Notes under the pieces: generated by a model
Told to the model about the DNA's origin: nothing
What the model saw: only the letters and a program-made list of their open reading frames with translations
The model's database searches: none
Part shown: one piece after another, positions 63,225 through 64,000 of the stretch
How positions within the stretch are numbered: position 1 is the stretch's first letter
Layout of the letters: each line of letters begins with the position of its first letter
From: Octopus sinensis
Taxonomy: Eukaryota
Direction: 5' to 3'
Length of the DNA stretch: 64,000 nucleotides
Assembly (NCBI RefSeq): GCF_006345805.1
Contig: NC_043006.1
Coordinates: forward strand, 5,084,001-5,148,000
Program-made: the position numbers and the translations under genes

Positions 63225-63620
63225 TTAGAAACCTCATATCCTCCTTCGAACATGTCTTACCAAAGTAAAATTGATTTGTCGACTAGTAGACAGTCTAGAT
63301 ATAACTATTATTAGATGGTATCCAACCAAAATGCAAATATATGGGAAACTACCACCTGTGTCATCTCTTGTGAAAGGTAGGAGAGTCCAGTTTGCTGGAC
63401 ATTGTTGTAGAGCTGAAAAAGAGGTAATTTCTACTCTTCTCCTCTGGAAGCCATCTACTCGCAGTACCAGAAGGCGCACACTCTCCTACCCTGATGTAAT
63501 CTCCAGGGATACAGGCATCCAGCAACAGGACCTCCGTAATGCCATGATGGACCGTGAAGTCTGGCGTAGCATGGTAAATTCCATTGTCTCGACCACGGTC
63601 GAACAATGATGATGATGATA
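63225..63620 (+). pseudogene. RTE-type LINE 3' end
   Basis: ORF 63271-63609 YGKLPPVS…RRVQFAGHCCR…LLLWKP…MMDREVWR; terminal hairpin tcgacc/ggtcga and (TGA)n tail. Confidence 0.85.
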
Positions 63621-63814
63621 GATTAAATGTATAAGTCTCTACATATGAAAATGTGCATTTCTGTTAATTCCGGTTCATCGACATAAACCTCGTTCATTCG
63701 GGAAGAAAAAGAAAACATATGCAGAAAGACTAGTGTACTCATTGCAGGAAAAATAGAAAGTAACTGCTCATACGAAGAAACTAGGAATATTTCCACAAAT
63801 ATATACATATATCA

Positions 63815-63845
<31 letters not shown>

Positions 63846-64000
63846 GAAAATTTGGACCTCAGAACTCTCTGCATTCAATAAAACAGTGACCCACAATGTG
63901 TTTGCAGTGTCAGTACTCATACTAACATTTAGGCTTCTTGATTGGACGCTTGATGAGATCCGAGCCATTGATGTGAAAACCCGAAAAATACTAACAGGCA

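Overview
AT-rich eukaryotic non-coding DNA, most likely from an octopus (coleoid cephalopod), inferred from the recognisable tRNA-derived SINE families and very dense (TA)n/(CA)n/(TAGA)n/(TACA)n microsatellites. No host protein-coding gene, rRNA, true tRNA or CRISPR array can be supported. The window is a mosaic of decayed mobile elements: about 25 tRNA-derived SINE copies or fragments, CR1/L2-like and RTE LINE fragments, a gag-like ORF1, mariner/Tc1 and hAT DNA transposons, a MITE, non-autonomous Helitrons and Penelope-like (GIY-YIG) fragments. The main signal that this annotation does not explain is a set of about 12 minimal type-I hammerhead ribozyme (HHR) motifs (CUGANGA-stem II-GAAAC-palindromic stem III-GUH) from roughly 8 sequence-unrelated families. 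Most lie in elements wedged in or against microsatellites, usually (TA)n, often as inverted or tandem repeats. The best example is a young non-coding 508-bp tandem unit with one HHR per unit plus an inverted arm (45768-47336). It has the architecture of a retrozyme, a circRNA-forming non-autonomous retroelement that is probably Penelope-mobilised. All folds and family names were assigned by eye or from memory and have not been computed.
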